Of a stretch of 64,000 bases of DNA, positions 38,804 through 52,740 are shown piece after piece (positions within the stretch are counted from its first letter, which is position 1; each line of letters opens with the position of its first letter). The stretch spans positions 14,639 through 78,638 of the forward strand of contig MQRK01239066.1 in the NCBI GenBank assembly GCA_001938485.1, given 5' to 3'. The DNA is from Girardia tigrina (taxonomy: Eukaryota). A program made the position numbers and the translations under genes. Under the pieces are notes generated by a model. That model did not search any database. It saw only the letters and a program-made list of their open reading frames with translations, and was not told the DNA's origin.

Positions 38804-40145
38804 TTAGGTTGGTCGAAAAATAATGGCTGTTTTTGAGCTTTATACTTTGTTTATCTACTTTGATATGTATATAAGTTTAAATGCATTAGTGTTAGATATT
38901 ATTTGAAATCTTATGCCTANNNNNNNNNNNNNNNNNNNNNNNNNNNNNNNNNNNNNNNNNNNNNNNNNNNNNNNNNNNNNNNNNNNNNNNNNNNNNNNNN
39001 NNNNNNNNNNNNNNNNNNNNNNNNNNNNNNNNNNNNNNNNNNNNNNNNNNNNNNNNNNNNNNNCAATATCAATAAAGCGTTTGGCAAGGGAACAACTTCT
39101 GAGCGCACAGTGCAACGATGGTTCCGAAAATTTTCTGATGGAGATGAAAACCTTGAAGATGAAGAAGGTCGTGGTCGTCCAGGTGCTGTGAACAACGAAA
39201 ATTTGAGGACAATGGTGGAAACAGATCCCCGTATAACAATCAGAGAACTTGCAGATGGGTTGGCCATTAGACATTCAACAGTCCTGGATCATTAAAAACA
39301 ACTTGGAAAAATCAAGAAAATTGATGAATGGGTTCCACATGATTTGAATGAAAATCAAAAGAACCGACGCTATGAAATTTGTTCTGCCAATCATCTTCGC
39401 AATAAAAACGATCNNNNNNNNNNNNNNNNNNNNNNNNNNNNNNNNNNNNNNNNNNNNNNNNNNAAAACGATCCATTTCTTGATCGTATTGTTACCTGTGA
39501 TGAGAAATGGATCCTATATGATAACCGACGTCGATCTGCACAGTGGTTGGACAAAGATGAAGTACCAAAACACTTTCCAAAATCGAAACTAACACCCCGT
39601 AAGGTTGTGGTGACAGTTTGGTGATGTGATGCTGGAATCATCCACTATAGTTTCTTGAATCCATGTGAAACAATCACAGCGGAGAGGTACTGTCATGAAA
39701 TTGAAGAAATGCATAAAAAATTGAAAACCCTTTGTCCGGGATTGGTCAATCGAAAAAGTCCCATCCTTCTTCATGATAACGCTAGACCTCATATTTCAAA
39801 AGTGACTCTTCAAAAGCTTAATGAGTTGGGCTATGAAACCCTGTCTCATCCACCATATTCACCAGACCTCTCGCCAACGGACTTCTACTTTTTCAGGCAT
39901 TTGTACAATTTCATACGTGAAAAAAATTTCGAAAACTAAAATGATGCTCAAAATGCCTTCCAAAAATTCGTCGCTTCGACAACCGATGCATTTTATGCTG
40001 ATGGAATAAAACAACTTGTTTCTCGTTGGCAAAAATGTATTGATGCCAACGGTTCATACTTTGATTAATAAACTTTTGTTTCTGTGAATTTGCACGTCTT
40101 TGAAGTTTGTGTCCGAAAACCGAAATTATTTTTCTACCAGCCTAA
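38804..40145 (+). mobile_element. Full-length mariner with a disrupted D,D34D transposase
   Basis: TA|TTAGGTTGGTCGAAAAATAAT ... ATTATTTTTCTACCAGCCTAA|TA. Motifs WVPHDL, TCDEKW, HDNARPH and YSPDLSPTD; stops present. Confidence 0.95.
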
Positions 40146-40850
40146 TATATCAGATGTTTAGAAGAAAAAATAATTATTTAAATATAATCTAGATATTTTA
40201 ACAAAAGTACAAATTATATCTAAAATATGTTCCATCAAATTCGGATGAAAATAAAAAAAATAACAAAAAAATTGATAAATTTTAGAAAGTAATGGCAAAT
40301 ATATTTAGTAAAACTTTGAAGTTTGAGAACATTTTAAATACATAAATAAATAAATATTTAAAAGACGACAACTAAAAATAGCGAAAATTGAATGTTCTGT
40401 CATTCAATCATAATTTTTAGTTATTTATTAACAGGAAAAAAACTTAATTTATTCTGGAAGTATCTCCTTTTCTGTGAATTTGTCATTAATATTCTTCTTT
40501 GATAAAATCTGATTTACTTTAATTTAATTTATTTACGAAATTCTTTAGACTGACAGCGCTAATTGTGCCAAATAATATTAACAGACAAAAATAAGTGACT
40601 TTCTGAAAATGTCTTTTGCAAATATAAAATGAATTATTTATTTATTTTTTTGGTTGTAATTTGTAATTAATTTTTTGATTAATCAAAAAATAACAAATAT
40701 GTTTTAAAGACAGAATTGATACATTAAAAAAACATTTTATTGTATTTTTTTTAAATAATTATTGAAAATTGTGTTATAATTTAATATAAATAATTTAGTA
40801 AAATATTATTAGGAAATTTAAAAAAATATAAAAAATAATGGTAAGTTTTT

Positions 40851-40997
40851 TTTAAAATCAATAACGCCATTCAAAAAATTAAACTTTATTGTCGCAATAT
40901 ATTTACGTAGATTATGTTTGTATAATTATCAATTTGCAATATATGACAGAAAAATTGTTGTTAATTCAGTCTGAAGATGGCGTTATTGATTTTAAAA
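40851..40997. mobile_element. Small PLE pLTR remnant bounded by a ~20-bp inverted repeat
   Basis: TTTAAAATCAATAACGCCAT / ATGGCGTTATTGATTTTAAA. GTTAATTCAGTCTGAAGATGGC matches the 55531-55552 pLTR. Confidence 0.55.
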
Positions 40998-41799
40998 TAT
41001 TATTATTTTGAGTTTAATTAACACTATTTATCTAACACTAAACACTTTTAAATGATTGGATGAATCCCTTTACATGTTTCAAGAAGACACAAAAATATTT
41101 ATAATAATTAATAGTACCTTAAGATAGCTTCTTCTAAATTATTTTAGACTAGAAAAAGACCCAGTCATAAATCACGGGTGAGCTGAATTTTCGTCTTTGA
41201 AAGTTTGTTATTATTATAATTTAATTTTTTTATTATAATTTAATTAATTCGTAATTATTATAATTTATTGTTTCGAATTCTGTGTTGATTTAAAATTTGG
41301 TAAATTAAGTCGGTTCCCGGCGCATTTCAGCGAAGTCGCTGCACAGGTAGAACCGTCTCCATGGGGGCTATCCAGGTTGACCGCAACTTTACGCGTATTC
41401 CTATACCATTTTGCAAATTTATACAAAATTAAATGTTAGCAAATAGTAAATTAGAAATCGTCCTTCATCAAATACATTAGTATTTTATTAATATTTTCAT
41501 AAAAGTTTTCACGAAATTCCTTGAAGGAATCATCCAAATCGTCATTATTCGAAATCGGTGTTGATTTACCATTTTAATGACAAAGGCGCTGTACCGACAG
41601 AATGGTCTTGATGCAGACTATCGAGTTTGACAAGTTATTTCAATCAATTTCATAAAGTATTCGATCAAATTCATAATAAAGTAAAACCATATTATTGCGA
41701 GTTTTATATATAAATACACCAAAATATTTAAATATGCATTTAATATAAAAAATTAAACGATAAAGATTTGTTGATAAAACATCAACCAACTACATTTCT

Positions 41800-42350
41800 C
41801 ATAAAATCTCCACCATAAGACGGCAGCTTGTCAAGTATCTCAAAATCGTTCTGTAAAGCGGGGAACACTCTACGTAGTTATCATATAAAACCCTCCGTTT
41901 ATTTCTTCAAAAAGTTCTTGCTGAGAATTACAATTTGATCTTGCAATATGATTTTTCCACTTCGAAAAGCAATTCTCAATTATATTTAAAATGGCGAGTA
42001 ATGTGATAAAAATAAAATATTCATACGCTCTTTTTGGGTTAACTCTGTAACAGCTGAATAATGGTGAATCCTCAGATTGTCCATTATGAAAATGAAATTA
42101 TTTATTTCAGCAGATCTAACTCTGATATTTAGTTCAAATAAAAATCCTTCAAAATTCAAATTTTTAATGCTGTTAACAATCATTTCATTATTATGAGCTA
42201 CATCTATAATTAAAGAACTTTTATTTCTTGTACCGTTTAACCCAACGTATACAGAATGTCCAAGTAATGCTCTATCTCTCATGGCTTTCATACTTACATT
42301 GAACCCTACCTCATCAGTAAAAATGAAATTTAAAATATCAATTTCATAGA
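41800..42350 (-). pseudogene. IS630/Tc1-type (DDE_3) transposase fragment
   Basis: Motifs FIFTDEVGF, IMDNLRIH and YSPF.N.IE..FSKWK. Confidence 0.8.
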
Positions 42351-43059
42351 AAAAAATCTTATTTCATAATTAAATTGCTTTTGAAAACGTTTCGTTTTTC
42401 ATTAAAAACTGTTAATATTACAACAGTTGAAAGGAATACTGATTTGAAAAACTAAAACAATTTTAAATATTTTAAAATCCCATCAAATATTGTAAAAAAT
42501 ATTTCACAAAGTCAGGAATAAATAGTTATAATGTCAAAGTGATTTATTTTTATAATTTTTAATTTCTTAATTATTTGAATATTATATTATAAATTATGAT
42601 TATTTTAGGAGACCGAATTTCAGTTATGTAGACAAAATTATTTAAATATAATATATAAAACGTATTTAAAGATGTCTGTTGGAAAATTTACGATAAAACT
42701 AAAGATTTAATGTTTATCTGTTTGAAATTAGGCGACATATTCTGTCATGATTTTTTTATTCCGGAAATAGAAATAAATTATTAAAAATTCTATTTCATAA
42801 ATGGTTAATGTCTATTGAAACTTAAAAAGAAAAAGAGGATAAAAACTATCGTTTCCAATTTTGAATATAAAAGCAATTTTGAAGTAAATGAAAGTGATAA
42901 ATTAATATTTTAAGTTGAAACATTAAATGATTAAATTACAAAAAAATAATGTAAATAAAAAATAATGTAAATAATGTAAATGTAAATAAAGAAATAATGT
43001 AATGTAATAAAACCATTTATTTGAGAAAACTTTAATCTATTTTATTAATAATAATAGTA

Positions 43060-44330
43060 CGTGGTGCGCTCAATAAGTAGTGAGCCTAACATAAAAATAA
43101 TAATCCAATTTCAATGAAATTTATTTTTCATAACAAGCAAGTTATTAAGATATCATTTCTCAAAGAAATCTCCATTCACACCAACACATTTTTTCCAGTA
43201 CACAACAAGGTCCAGAAAGGCTTTTTCGAAGAATTTCGGTGGCTGTTGAGCCAAGAAATTTGAGACTGCATCCTTCAAGTCTTCTTTCGTAGCAAAATGT
43301 TGACCCCTGAGAGCTCGCTTGAGGTGGTTGAAGAGATGATAATCGGAAGGCACCAGATCCGGGCTGTATGGAGAGTGTGAGAGCAGGGTGAGGCCACAAC
43401 CCTCAATTGACGACATTGACAGCCCACTTGTGTGGATGAGTGCATTGTCATGCAAATTATATAACTCACAAACTCTGCTCTTCCTCAGCTTTTTGACCTG
43501 CAGCACGAGCCAGGATTAGTATTCACTGTTGATACGAACACCAGCATCCGCAAAATCAGCAAGGATCATTCCAGTTGCATTCCAAGAATTGGTGAGCATG
43601 AGAGCTTTTTTGTGTGAAGTTGATGATCGCATCTTCTTCGAACACCCTTCCACTGGCAGCTTCTACTCTTGAGACTCACGTCTTGATTCTGGGACATAAA
43701 GGGCAAGTGGTGTTTCATCCATTGTCATAATATTCTGTAAGAAGCGGTCTCCAATACGTTCATAGAGGTTTAAGTTTTCCTCGCAGCACATCGATCGCCG
43801 ATCATTCATGTCTGCTGTTAAAAACCGTGGCACGAAGCGTTAACATAATTTTATAATTCCAGTTTCTGCAAGCAGTGATTTTATGGTACCTGTGCTGACA
43901 TTTAATCACATTGTCAGTTCTCTGGTGGTGATTCGTCGCTCACACTGCACAATTTTCTTGAGTTTTTTTTGCTATTTCTTTGCCAATTTCACGTGGCCTA
44001 TCTGACTTTTCTTCATCAAAAACAGACGTTCGACCATCTCGAAAATGGTTGAACCATCATTTGACAGTAGATATGGATGAACTCTCTTCGCCATAAACAG
44101 AACTAAGCTCGACGAATATTTCTTCCCGTATTTTCCCTTTCATTAACAAGAAACGAATAACTCTTCGATATTGAACGTTTTCCAATGAAATTTTCGAATT
44201 TATGCGCTCTCTAACCTAAAAAAACAAATATCCCAAATATTACCTTATTAACTTGCTTGTTATGCAAAAAATGCATTGGTATCAGAATATTATTTCTATG
44301 TTAGGCTCACTACTTATTGAGCGCACCACG
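43060..44330 (-). mobile_element. Full-length mariner (1271 bp) with a frameshifted D,D34D transposase
   Basis: Perfect 34-bp TIRs CGTGGTGCGCTCAATAAGTAGTGAGCCTAACATA flanked by TA. Motifs RFVPRFL, MTMDET and HDNA-34-PSD. Confidence 0.96.
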
Positions 44331-45205
44331 TAGACTGATAATAATAGTTATAATAATAATAGTAATAATAAGTTTTCTTCTTCTTATTATTATTATTCTT
44401 ATTATTATTTTTATTATGATTATTTTTATTAATCAAAGGGATTGCTGTAAAGTTTCTAATCAATTTTAATTTTAAAAAATTTAAATATTAAAATAACTTA
44501 AAATGCAAAAAATATAAATTTATTGAATAATAGTTGGAATCATGATTTAGTTTTACTATGCCCACCTTAACATCTGGTAATATTACAAAAATTTGAAGTT
44601 TTTTCTACTAAATTTAGTATGATCAGCAATATGGAAAGAAATAATACACTTCGTCACTCCAAATGAAACTTTAATTATGAAAAAATACCTATGACACATA
44701 AAAAAATTTGTAGAATATAACGAAAAATCAAAAAAAACTTTTAAAAGTAATTAATTGTTAAAATGAAATTTTATTTTGTTTAAAATAAATGATAATATTT
44801 ATAAAATGAAATTTTACAAGAAAAGAAGCGCGGTATTCTTTGGTGTTCTTCTAGAATTATATATTATTAATAAAAGAATATAAAAAAACAAATTCTAGAT
44901 TCTCCATTTCTCTTTTATTAAAATTCAGACATGTAGGAATAATAGAAAATATTATTGTTTCTTTTCATTCGGCAATCATAAAATAAAATTTACTCTTTTA
45001 TTTACTGTCTGGAAGAAATAATTAAATTATTGATTTGTCAAAAATAAGCATTTTTTTCAATAATTTAATTTTCCTTTTTTTAAATGTTATTTGTATAAAA
45101 ATATAATATTTGGTTTTTTTACAATATACGAGATATTGGAATTTTGATATTTATCATTTATTATTGAAATTGATTAAAATTATTTATTAGACATTTAGTC
45201 ATGAC

Positions 45206-46380
45206 CAATGTTCCCGCTAAGCTGCGCACGTGCGCGCGCACCTTGTAGACTAAGAGCGCGCAGTGGTAAGATTTTTGCGCGCAGCAATAAAATACTTAGT
45301 AATTGTTAAAATTCTTTTTGAACGGTAATTAAAAAATTTTGAATTTTAATTTAATTGGCTTATTTGAATACATTTATTAGCAAATTAGACCAGTTAATTT
45401 TGTTAAATTGATATATTGATAATTGTTTTTGTAAGAGAATGTTGTTGTTAATTTTTTAATTTTCGAAAATAAGAATTTTGGTTTTTAAAAATTTCGAATT
45501 ATAATCGAAATTAAGAAAAAATAATGGAAAATAGTATTAAAAAAAGAAAATAAAAAAATGGAAATTTATTTAAATAACAAACAATTATAAATCAAAATCA
45601 TTAAAATAAACAGACCATCATGTCCAAGAGAAAATATGAATACATTTGCAATGGTTCAAGGAAACGTGTATCTTTAAAATTTTAAGTTGAATGGCTTGAC
45701 GTGATCGTGATGACTCCAATCCCAACCTTTCGTGATATAAAACCAGTGAAACTCAATGAAATGTTTGACTATACTGAAGGACAGGATGCTGTAAAATGTG
45801 AAATGTGTGCAGAAATAAAAGCGACCGGGGAATTCTCTTCTGGAAAACAATAGAGTGAGTGGAAACTGGATTATCTCAAGCGGCATTTGCTACAAAAAAA
45901 TCACCTAGAAGCTGTAGAAACAATTCGTAATCGGCAAAATGGTGGAATAGTTCGATTGCTGCAAGAAACAGAGGAACATCGAGAATCACGGCAAGAAACT
46001 TTCAAACGCAACCAAGCTTCAAAAGAAAAAATAAAGGTATTAATTGACAACGTTATTTTAGCCATAAAAAATAATATATACATTAATACCGTTCAAAGCA
46101 TTAATGAGCATATGTCAAAATATATTTCTTCATTGCCAGAAAACTGGAGAGGAAAAAATTATGCTTTTGAATTTGTTGAATGTATTAGTAATGTTCTTCA
46201 AAATCAGCAAATGAGAGAACTAAAGGCAGCAAACTATCATTGTCTTATAACAGATGAAAGCACGGACATAAAAGTTCATAAAATGTTAGTTATGTATATC
46301 AAGTATCGATTTGAGAATAAATACAAAACTATTTTTACTGGAATTCAGGAGCTTACAACATGTGATGCTTATTAAGAACA
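45206..46380 (+). mobile_element. hAT element 5' part with a ZNF862/Tip100-like transposase fragment
   Basis: CAATGTTCCC terminus with TGCGC subterminal repeats. TTF-type zinc finger (CEMC...LKRHLLQKNH) and first catalytic motif LITDESTDI. Confidence 0.8.
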
Positions 46381-46789
46381 CCAACATGAGTTTTCAAACT
46401 TTTATTTTCATTACAATCAAAATTGTCTTTTGGACAACTCTCAGCGAAACTCTCGTCATTCGACATCGTTCTAAATTGATAATTTTTTTATTAATGTTTT
46501 TTAATAAACAATTATTCGAACAAATTTTTCATTATTTCTGATTTTATTTTTAAAATTCAATTTTGTAGTTTTAGTATTAATTTTTATTTACATATTAATT
46601 TTATTTAAAAATTATTTTATGTAAAGAAATAATATTTAATTAATTCAAAACTTAGTTAAAACTATTTATTTTATTTAAATTTTAATATGAAGATTTGAAA
46701 AGATTTAATATTTTTGATGTTTTTAAATATCTTATGTTGTACTTTAAGATATAAATTAAAATTTAAATTATATAAATTATACTCGAATA

Positions 46790-48220
46790 ATTATTTATCG
46801 TGAACATCTAAAATATCAATTTTCCATCGGGGTGGGAGAAACACATTTCCAAATACTAAACTCAACATACAAAATTCAACAAACCAATTTCAACATACCA
46901 AATTTAAAATATTCCTCACAATGCTGATTCTATTGTGGTGACAATAGTCTAATAATTTCAATGAATTAAAGATAGGAACAGAAAATAAAGAAAAAAACGA
47001 ACATTCCTGAAACATATTAAATTTGTTGACATGGTTTAAATGCAATATTTAGCATAATGTGTGGTATAGGCAAACTGATGAGATTACTATGAGTTAACCG
47101 ATAGAACCAACGTTAGCTTCTGTTTTTTTTTTCAAAGATTGAAAATAAAAATTTAATTTTTTGATGGGAATTTTTGATTATGTATTTTTAGTTTTTAAAG
47201 ATCAGGCCGATATACTTCCATTTCTTAATTTTATGATATCGTTTCGTCTAAAAGTTGCTTTTATTGTTGAAAATGAAACAAACTATAAATTTGGTATTCC
47301 TTAGTTTCCAGACTGGAATTTAAAGGAAGCAAACTGATACTGATTTATATACTTCAACGTTTTAGTGAACCGAAATATAAAAGAAACAATAAAAGAGGCG
47401 TAATTAATCTGTCATGTTCGTTGTCATCAACTTTTCATAAATATGTACAAAATGTTAATAAACTAAGTTATTTATTAAATCAGAAAAGTCATTCTAAAGC
47501 TTTTACTGAAAAATTAGTGTGAGAAACAGGGGATTATACAATTTTGAAAGATAGTTAAAAAAATCTGAGGTTTGCTTCTCCTAATGGTTCTAAAAAGATA
47601 TTAATAAAATACCTAAATATCTTTAAATTATACCTTATTGAATAAGGTTTATTTTAAATTATTTAAAAACTTTAAAAATGCATTGTTAAAAGCAACTAAC
47701 AATCAATTAAATTTGAAAATTATATCACGATCTCATCAAGTTCAAAACATATTCAGTAATAAAACTGTCACACCTTTAACACTTTGTTCTGATATTGTTT
47801 ATGAATATAAATGTAATGGGTGAGATGCCACTTACATTGGAGAGACTGCCCTTCCTCTCTGTAAACGAATTTAAGAACACGATCGAAAAGAGAGTAAGAG
47901 TAATATTGCTGAACATAAGAAAAAATGTTAATGTGACATTAATATTGATAATTTCAAAATTCTGCTTTAGCATTTTAATAGTTATTAGGAGGGAGTGTCG
48001 TCTGAAGCATTGTTAATTAGGTCACGTTGCCCTAAAATTAATGTTCAGTTGGTAATCCCACCCAACTTATTGAGAATTTTCGATTAGCATGATTTCATGC
48101 AATCTAATTCATAATCATTATTTTTGTATTTATACGCAAATGAATTAAATTATTAATCTATGACCCGATGATGATGGTTGATCCGTCGAAATATATTTTC
48201 TAGAAATATATTTATTAATA
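46790..48220 (+). mobile_element. Decayed, long PLE copy (RT - linker - GIY-YIG - pLTR)
   Basis: WYRQTDEITMS*PIEPTLASVF corresponds to the Y.Q..G.AMGSP RT motif. Also present: VYEYKCNG, YIGET, and a 3' end homologous to 22137-22440. Confidence 0.85.
48162..48200 (+). ncRNA. Degenerate minimal hammerhead
   Basis: GAC CCGATGA T GATGG-TTGAT-CCGTC GAAA TATATT TTC. Confidence 0.65.
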
Positions 48221-48724
48221 TAAGAATTTTGTTTTTAATAATAATAATATTAATAATAATTATTATCATCATTATCATTGTTCGAGAATCTGTTCGAGTT
48301 TCAGTTTTTTATCATGTTTGTTACTCAAGACTTTTTAATGCCTTTTGTCTGCTTTGGAACTTGAGTAATATCAAAAAAGATAACTTAATCTTTACAATTC
48401 TCTATTCGAATTTGATTTATAAATGATAAATGAAGGAAACAATTATACTTCTTATGTTCTTATTATATTATATTCTTATTATTATTATTATATTCTTAAA
48501 AGAATAGAAATAAACATTCTTAGAACATATTTGGTTTTCTGACATGGTTTTAAAATAAAATGACTTTTTAATATGACTGTCTATTAAAAAAATTATTTAT
48601 TTTACTAATTTATTGAGTTTAATACATATTTATGATTTTTATTTAATAAAAACATGATCTAAATTTTCTTTAAATTGTAATGAAAAAATAAGTGTATATT
48701 AAATGTTAAAACTTAATTAATTTG

Positions 48725-48770
<46 letters not shown>

Positions 48771-50001
48771 TTTAAGAAGGAAATATTTATGTAATATTTA
48801 ATAAATAAAACACAAATGATAATTAAAAACTTTTTAAAAACGGTAAATTTGAAAAACAAAAAAGTAATAAGATATTTCTAATTTTATTTATTTTTTTGTA
48901 TTTTGTTTAGTATTTTTTAAGTTTAAAATAAAATATATATTCAATAATGAGAAATATAATGATTCATTAAAATTAAAACTTTTAAAATTGTATAAATAAA
49001 ATAATTAAAATGGAACAAATATAAAAATATTGAATTAAACTAACTATTAAAAATATATATTAAATACTAGAAATAGAAAAGAAAATAAATTATTAATTAA
49101 AAATAAGTAAAGAGAAACTCAAAAAGTTAAATTTAATGGCGATTTGTCTCGAACAATAAAACGTTGAGACTGTCAAAGTCTGAGTTGCAGATTTATCATT
49201 AACCATTTTCTATTGACTGAATTGTAGATTTAATAAACTTTTTTTCATGTTTGAAAAATCATTTTAAGATCTAAATTAAATTAAATTTTAATAACTTTTT
49301 TATCATGAGATTTATTTTTTTCGCAGAACTTTGATTCTTCGATTGACCAAAAATCAAGAAAAATTCTCGAGTTTAAATTACTTTGTTAAAATAAATAAAT
49401 AAATAACAATAACATATAAGCCCACAAGGCCAAGTAAGATCATCTTACTCCATAAACAAATAAATGTTTAAACAAATAAATAAATTATTTAAATAAGAAC
49501 TTTTAAATTTATAATATTAATTTAGAAGGATATTTTACACTAAAAACGAAAAAAAATAATTTTTGATGAATATACGGAGGAAAATTAAATACTGAAAATA
49601 ATTTTGGAGAAATGAAATATTCTGATATTTTTGCTATTTCAAAATTTTAAAATAAAGGTAAAAATATAATTACTAAAGAAATAAAGGAATAACAAGACAT
49701 TAAAGGTTTTTTTTCTATTTTCTAAAACATTTTTATTTTTCTACTTGAAAAAAATTTAAGGGTGTTCTTGATAAATAAATAAACTCGAATGAAATTTTCC
49801 GAAGTTTATTCATATTTAATGTAGACTCAATGCAGACGTCAGATAAAATTAACATTAGTTTTGAATTAAATATAATTAAAAGTTTATTGTGTAACCGATT
49901 TTCGAAATCTTTTATAAATGAAGTGGAGCATGAAACTTGTTATTGGTTATGTGAATTCCTGAATGATGTGGCGGATTGGCTGAAATAAAATTCCAATACA
50001 C

Positions 50002-50106
50002 CTGCTCGCTCCCGCGCTTCATCCCAAAGTGGGCAGAACATGTTTTTAGACTGACGGGTCAATCTCTCCGTATGATACCTCTCCGAGTCTCGGAAAAGCT
50101 GATTAT
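50002..50106 (-). CDS. Candidate internal host exon (105 nt, phase 1-1)
   Basis: GC-rich island with a TCTTTAG acceptor and a CAG|GT donor. Open frame NQLFRDSERYHTERLTRQSKNMFCPLWDEARERA. Confidence 0.4.
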
Positions 50107-50332
50107 CTAAAGATAATGATGATTTATTATCCTCGGATTTTTCGATTTTAATATCGGTTTATTGATTGATGATTTGTTGAAATTATGAATGTAAGTTGGC
50201 GTTGTCTAATTTAATTTTAATGGTTCACACTTTTCTATCGATTTCAAATACGGAAACAGTTAAGTTCCATTATTATTTATCACATTTTTGATTAATACAA
50301 TAACCCATTCAAAAAGGTACAATTTTGATATA

Positions 50333-51600
50333 TTAGGTTGATGCAAAAGAAATGTTGTTTTTTAACCGTCAACTTTAAATGAACGTAACTTTCTTTAGAA
50401 TTGACTTTATTAGTCAAAATAAAAACCATTACATTGAACACACTGTTGCCAAAGGGTAACAAGTTTTTTTATTCCAGTTTCATAAAATTGTGGAGTTCTT
50501 GAGACGATGAAGTCGTCCAAGGCTCTTTCAGTATCTCCTTGTTTTCTGAAGCATATTTTGCAAAGGAACTGGCAGAAATGTTTGAAAAAATGATAGTCTG
50601 TAGGAGAAAGATCTGGTGAGTATGGTGGATGAGGCAAAGTTTCATATCCCAGTTCGTTTAACTTCAGCATGGTCTTTCTTGCAACATGTGGACGAGCGTT
50701 GTCATGCAGAAGAATTGGCCCATTTATTGATTAATGCCGGCCGTTTTTTTGTTGTTCTTGGTGCATTTTGTCAATTTGCTGACAATATTTTTCCGCTGTA
50801 ATTGTTTCACCTTGTTTTAGGAAGTTGTAATGGATTAAACTGCGTGCGGACCACCATACAGTTACCATGACTTTTTTGGTGTAATTTTGGCTTTGGAGCC
50901 TCATTGAAGATCAACCACTGAGCTGGACGTCGCCAGTTGTCGTATAGGATCCATTTTTTATCACACGTTACAATTCGATTCAGAAACTGGTCGCTTTGAA
51001 TATGCAAAAGCAGAGAAGAACACACGGTAAATCGACGATTTTTTTGATTTTCGTTTAATTTGTGCTGCACCCACTTGTCCAGCTTTTTCACTTTCTCGAT
51101 TTTCTTTAGATGGCGAACAACTGTTGATTGGTGAACGTTGAGTTCTTGAGCGACTTCCCGTGAATTTTATGTGAGTCGGCATTGATTAACTTCTTCAAAT
51201 GATCGTCGTCAACTTGTGATGGTCGACTACCGTGTTCTTCATCTTCAAGGCTCTAGTTGACACTACGAAACTTAGAAAACCAACGTTGTATTGTTCGTAA
51301 GTTAGTGGTATGTTGTCCAAATACATTGTTAATATTCCGAGGCGTTTCTGTAGCTTTTCGACCTAGTTTGAAATCGTAGAATAAAATTGTTCTCATTTCC
51401 TTCTTTTCCAACATTTCTAAAATAAAATAAATACACCTTAAATTAACAACAATAATGTCATACTTGGTATCAATATAGAGATTAAAGTTTAAGCTTTAAA
51501 GTAAATTTAAATATGAATCTATTTATTAATGATTTTCTAAATATTTCAAACAATAAATATTAAATACATTAAAAACGACATTTCTTTTGCATCAACCTAA
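50333..51600 (-). mobile_element. Full-length mariner (1268 bp) with a disrupted transposase
   Basis: TA|TTAGGTTGATGCAAAAGAAATGT TIRs at both ends. Motifs WVQHKL, TCDKKW, HDNARPH and YSPDLSPTD. Confidence 0.95.
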
Positions 51601-51619
51601 TATTATTTATACAACAGTC

Positions 51620-51880
51620 AATTCTGAAAATATTTTAACGTGTTTTTATCACGCAAAGTTAATTCAAAATTTGTCTCTACAGATTTGCGATTTGACTTCT
51701 GGCTTCGAATTGTGGATTTTGAGTCGTTCCAGGAAGAACAATGGAACACAACACTATGTTAATAGATTATTTGTTAACACTATTTGTTAATAGATTACAC
51801 AAATTAAAAAGCCTTTTTAATCTACATTATATGAAGCCTCACCTAATGAAGACGTATGAAATACTCACCGAAATATTTTA
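51620..51880 (+). mobile_element. Possible very old PLE 3' remnant with an eroded hammerhead
   Basis: ELWILS...NGT...RLF resembles a GIY-YIG end. CTAATGA...CGAAATAT at 51843-51875. Confidence 0.3.
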
Positions 51881-52099
51881 CGTAGAATGAAACAGAAATG
51901 CATTCTAAACTAATACAAGGTTCAGGAAACTTTGTGAAATTTAAGTGTTGATTTCTAGTTTTAAATATATTCTCAGGTTTCTATGGATGAAAAATAAAAT
52001 ATTAATTTATATTTTCTTTCAACAATTTAAATTGTATGCAAAAATATTACTTCTTATATTCCAATTTTCCAACTATATCTGAAAGAGATAGTTTGCTTG

Positions 52100-52740
52100 A
52101 TTTATGTGAATATCGAAGACTAGGAATAGAAAATGCTCTGTAGTAACGGAGTGTAAGACAATAATTTTCTGTTGATTAAAGGGGAGATACTTTTTGGATG
52201 TTTTGTTTTGGGGAATATGATATGTGTTTGGTTGAATGCTACTTTTTTACGATACATCACGAGACTGAAATTGAGACTAATTGAGGGAGTGTCCCGATAT
52301 TCCTTTTCAGTATTCAATAGTCGATGATTTAATAAATAGAAGAACCTTGGAAAGATGAAATATACAACAGTGTCTAGTAACTTTCAAGGTTGGGATAAAT
52401 AAGTAATAAATTGATGATAATATATGATATGATATAATATAATATAATATAATATAATATAATATAATATAATATAATATAATATAATATATGATAATTA
52501 CCACTGAAAATGACTTTAATTTATGTTTGAGATAGGAGATAACGAGTATATATTGATAATTAGAGGAAGAAATTATAAATTTTTTTGGATAAATATAGGG
52601 TGGTTCAATAATAATATATGTTTTATAAATCCATATGAAATAAATTTAGGGTACATCTTCCAATACGTGAACTGGCGGAATTCAGATTGGATCTGCAGAA
52701 CACAGTGGATAATGAAGGTTCTTATAAGAACTGTTTGTAT
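52100..52740 (-). mobile_element. Possible LINE (CR1/L2-like) 3' remnant split by a microsatellite
   Basis: Decayed coding-like segments (IPTL, P.T...K.S). Weak. Confidence 0.3.
52421..52495. repeat. (ATAAT)n pentanucleotide microsatellite
   Basis: Directly visible. Confidence 0.95.

Noticed and set aside
48178-52504. Ile/Tyr-rich low-complexity ORFs (48178-48426, 52307-52504)
   Set aside because: These are translations of microsatellites.
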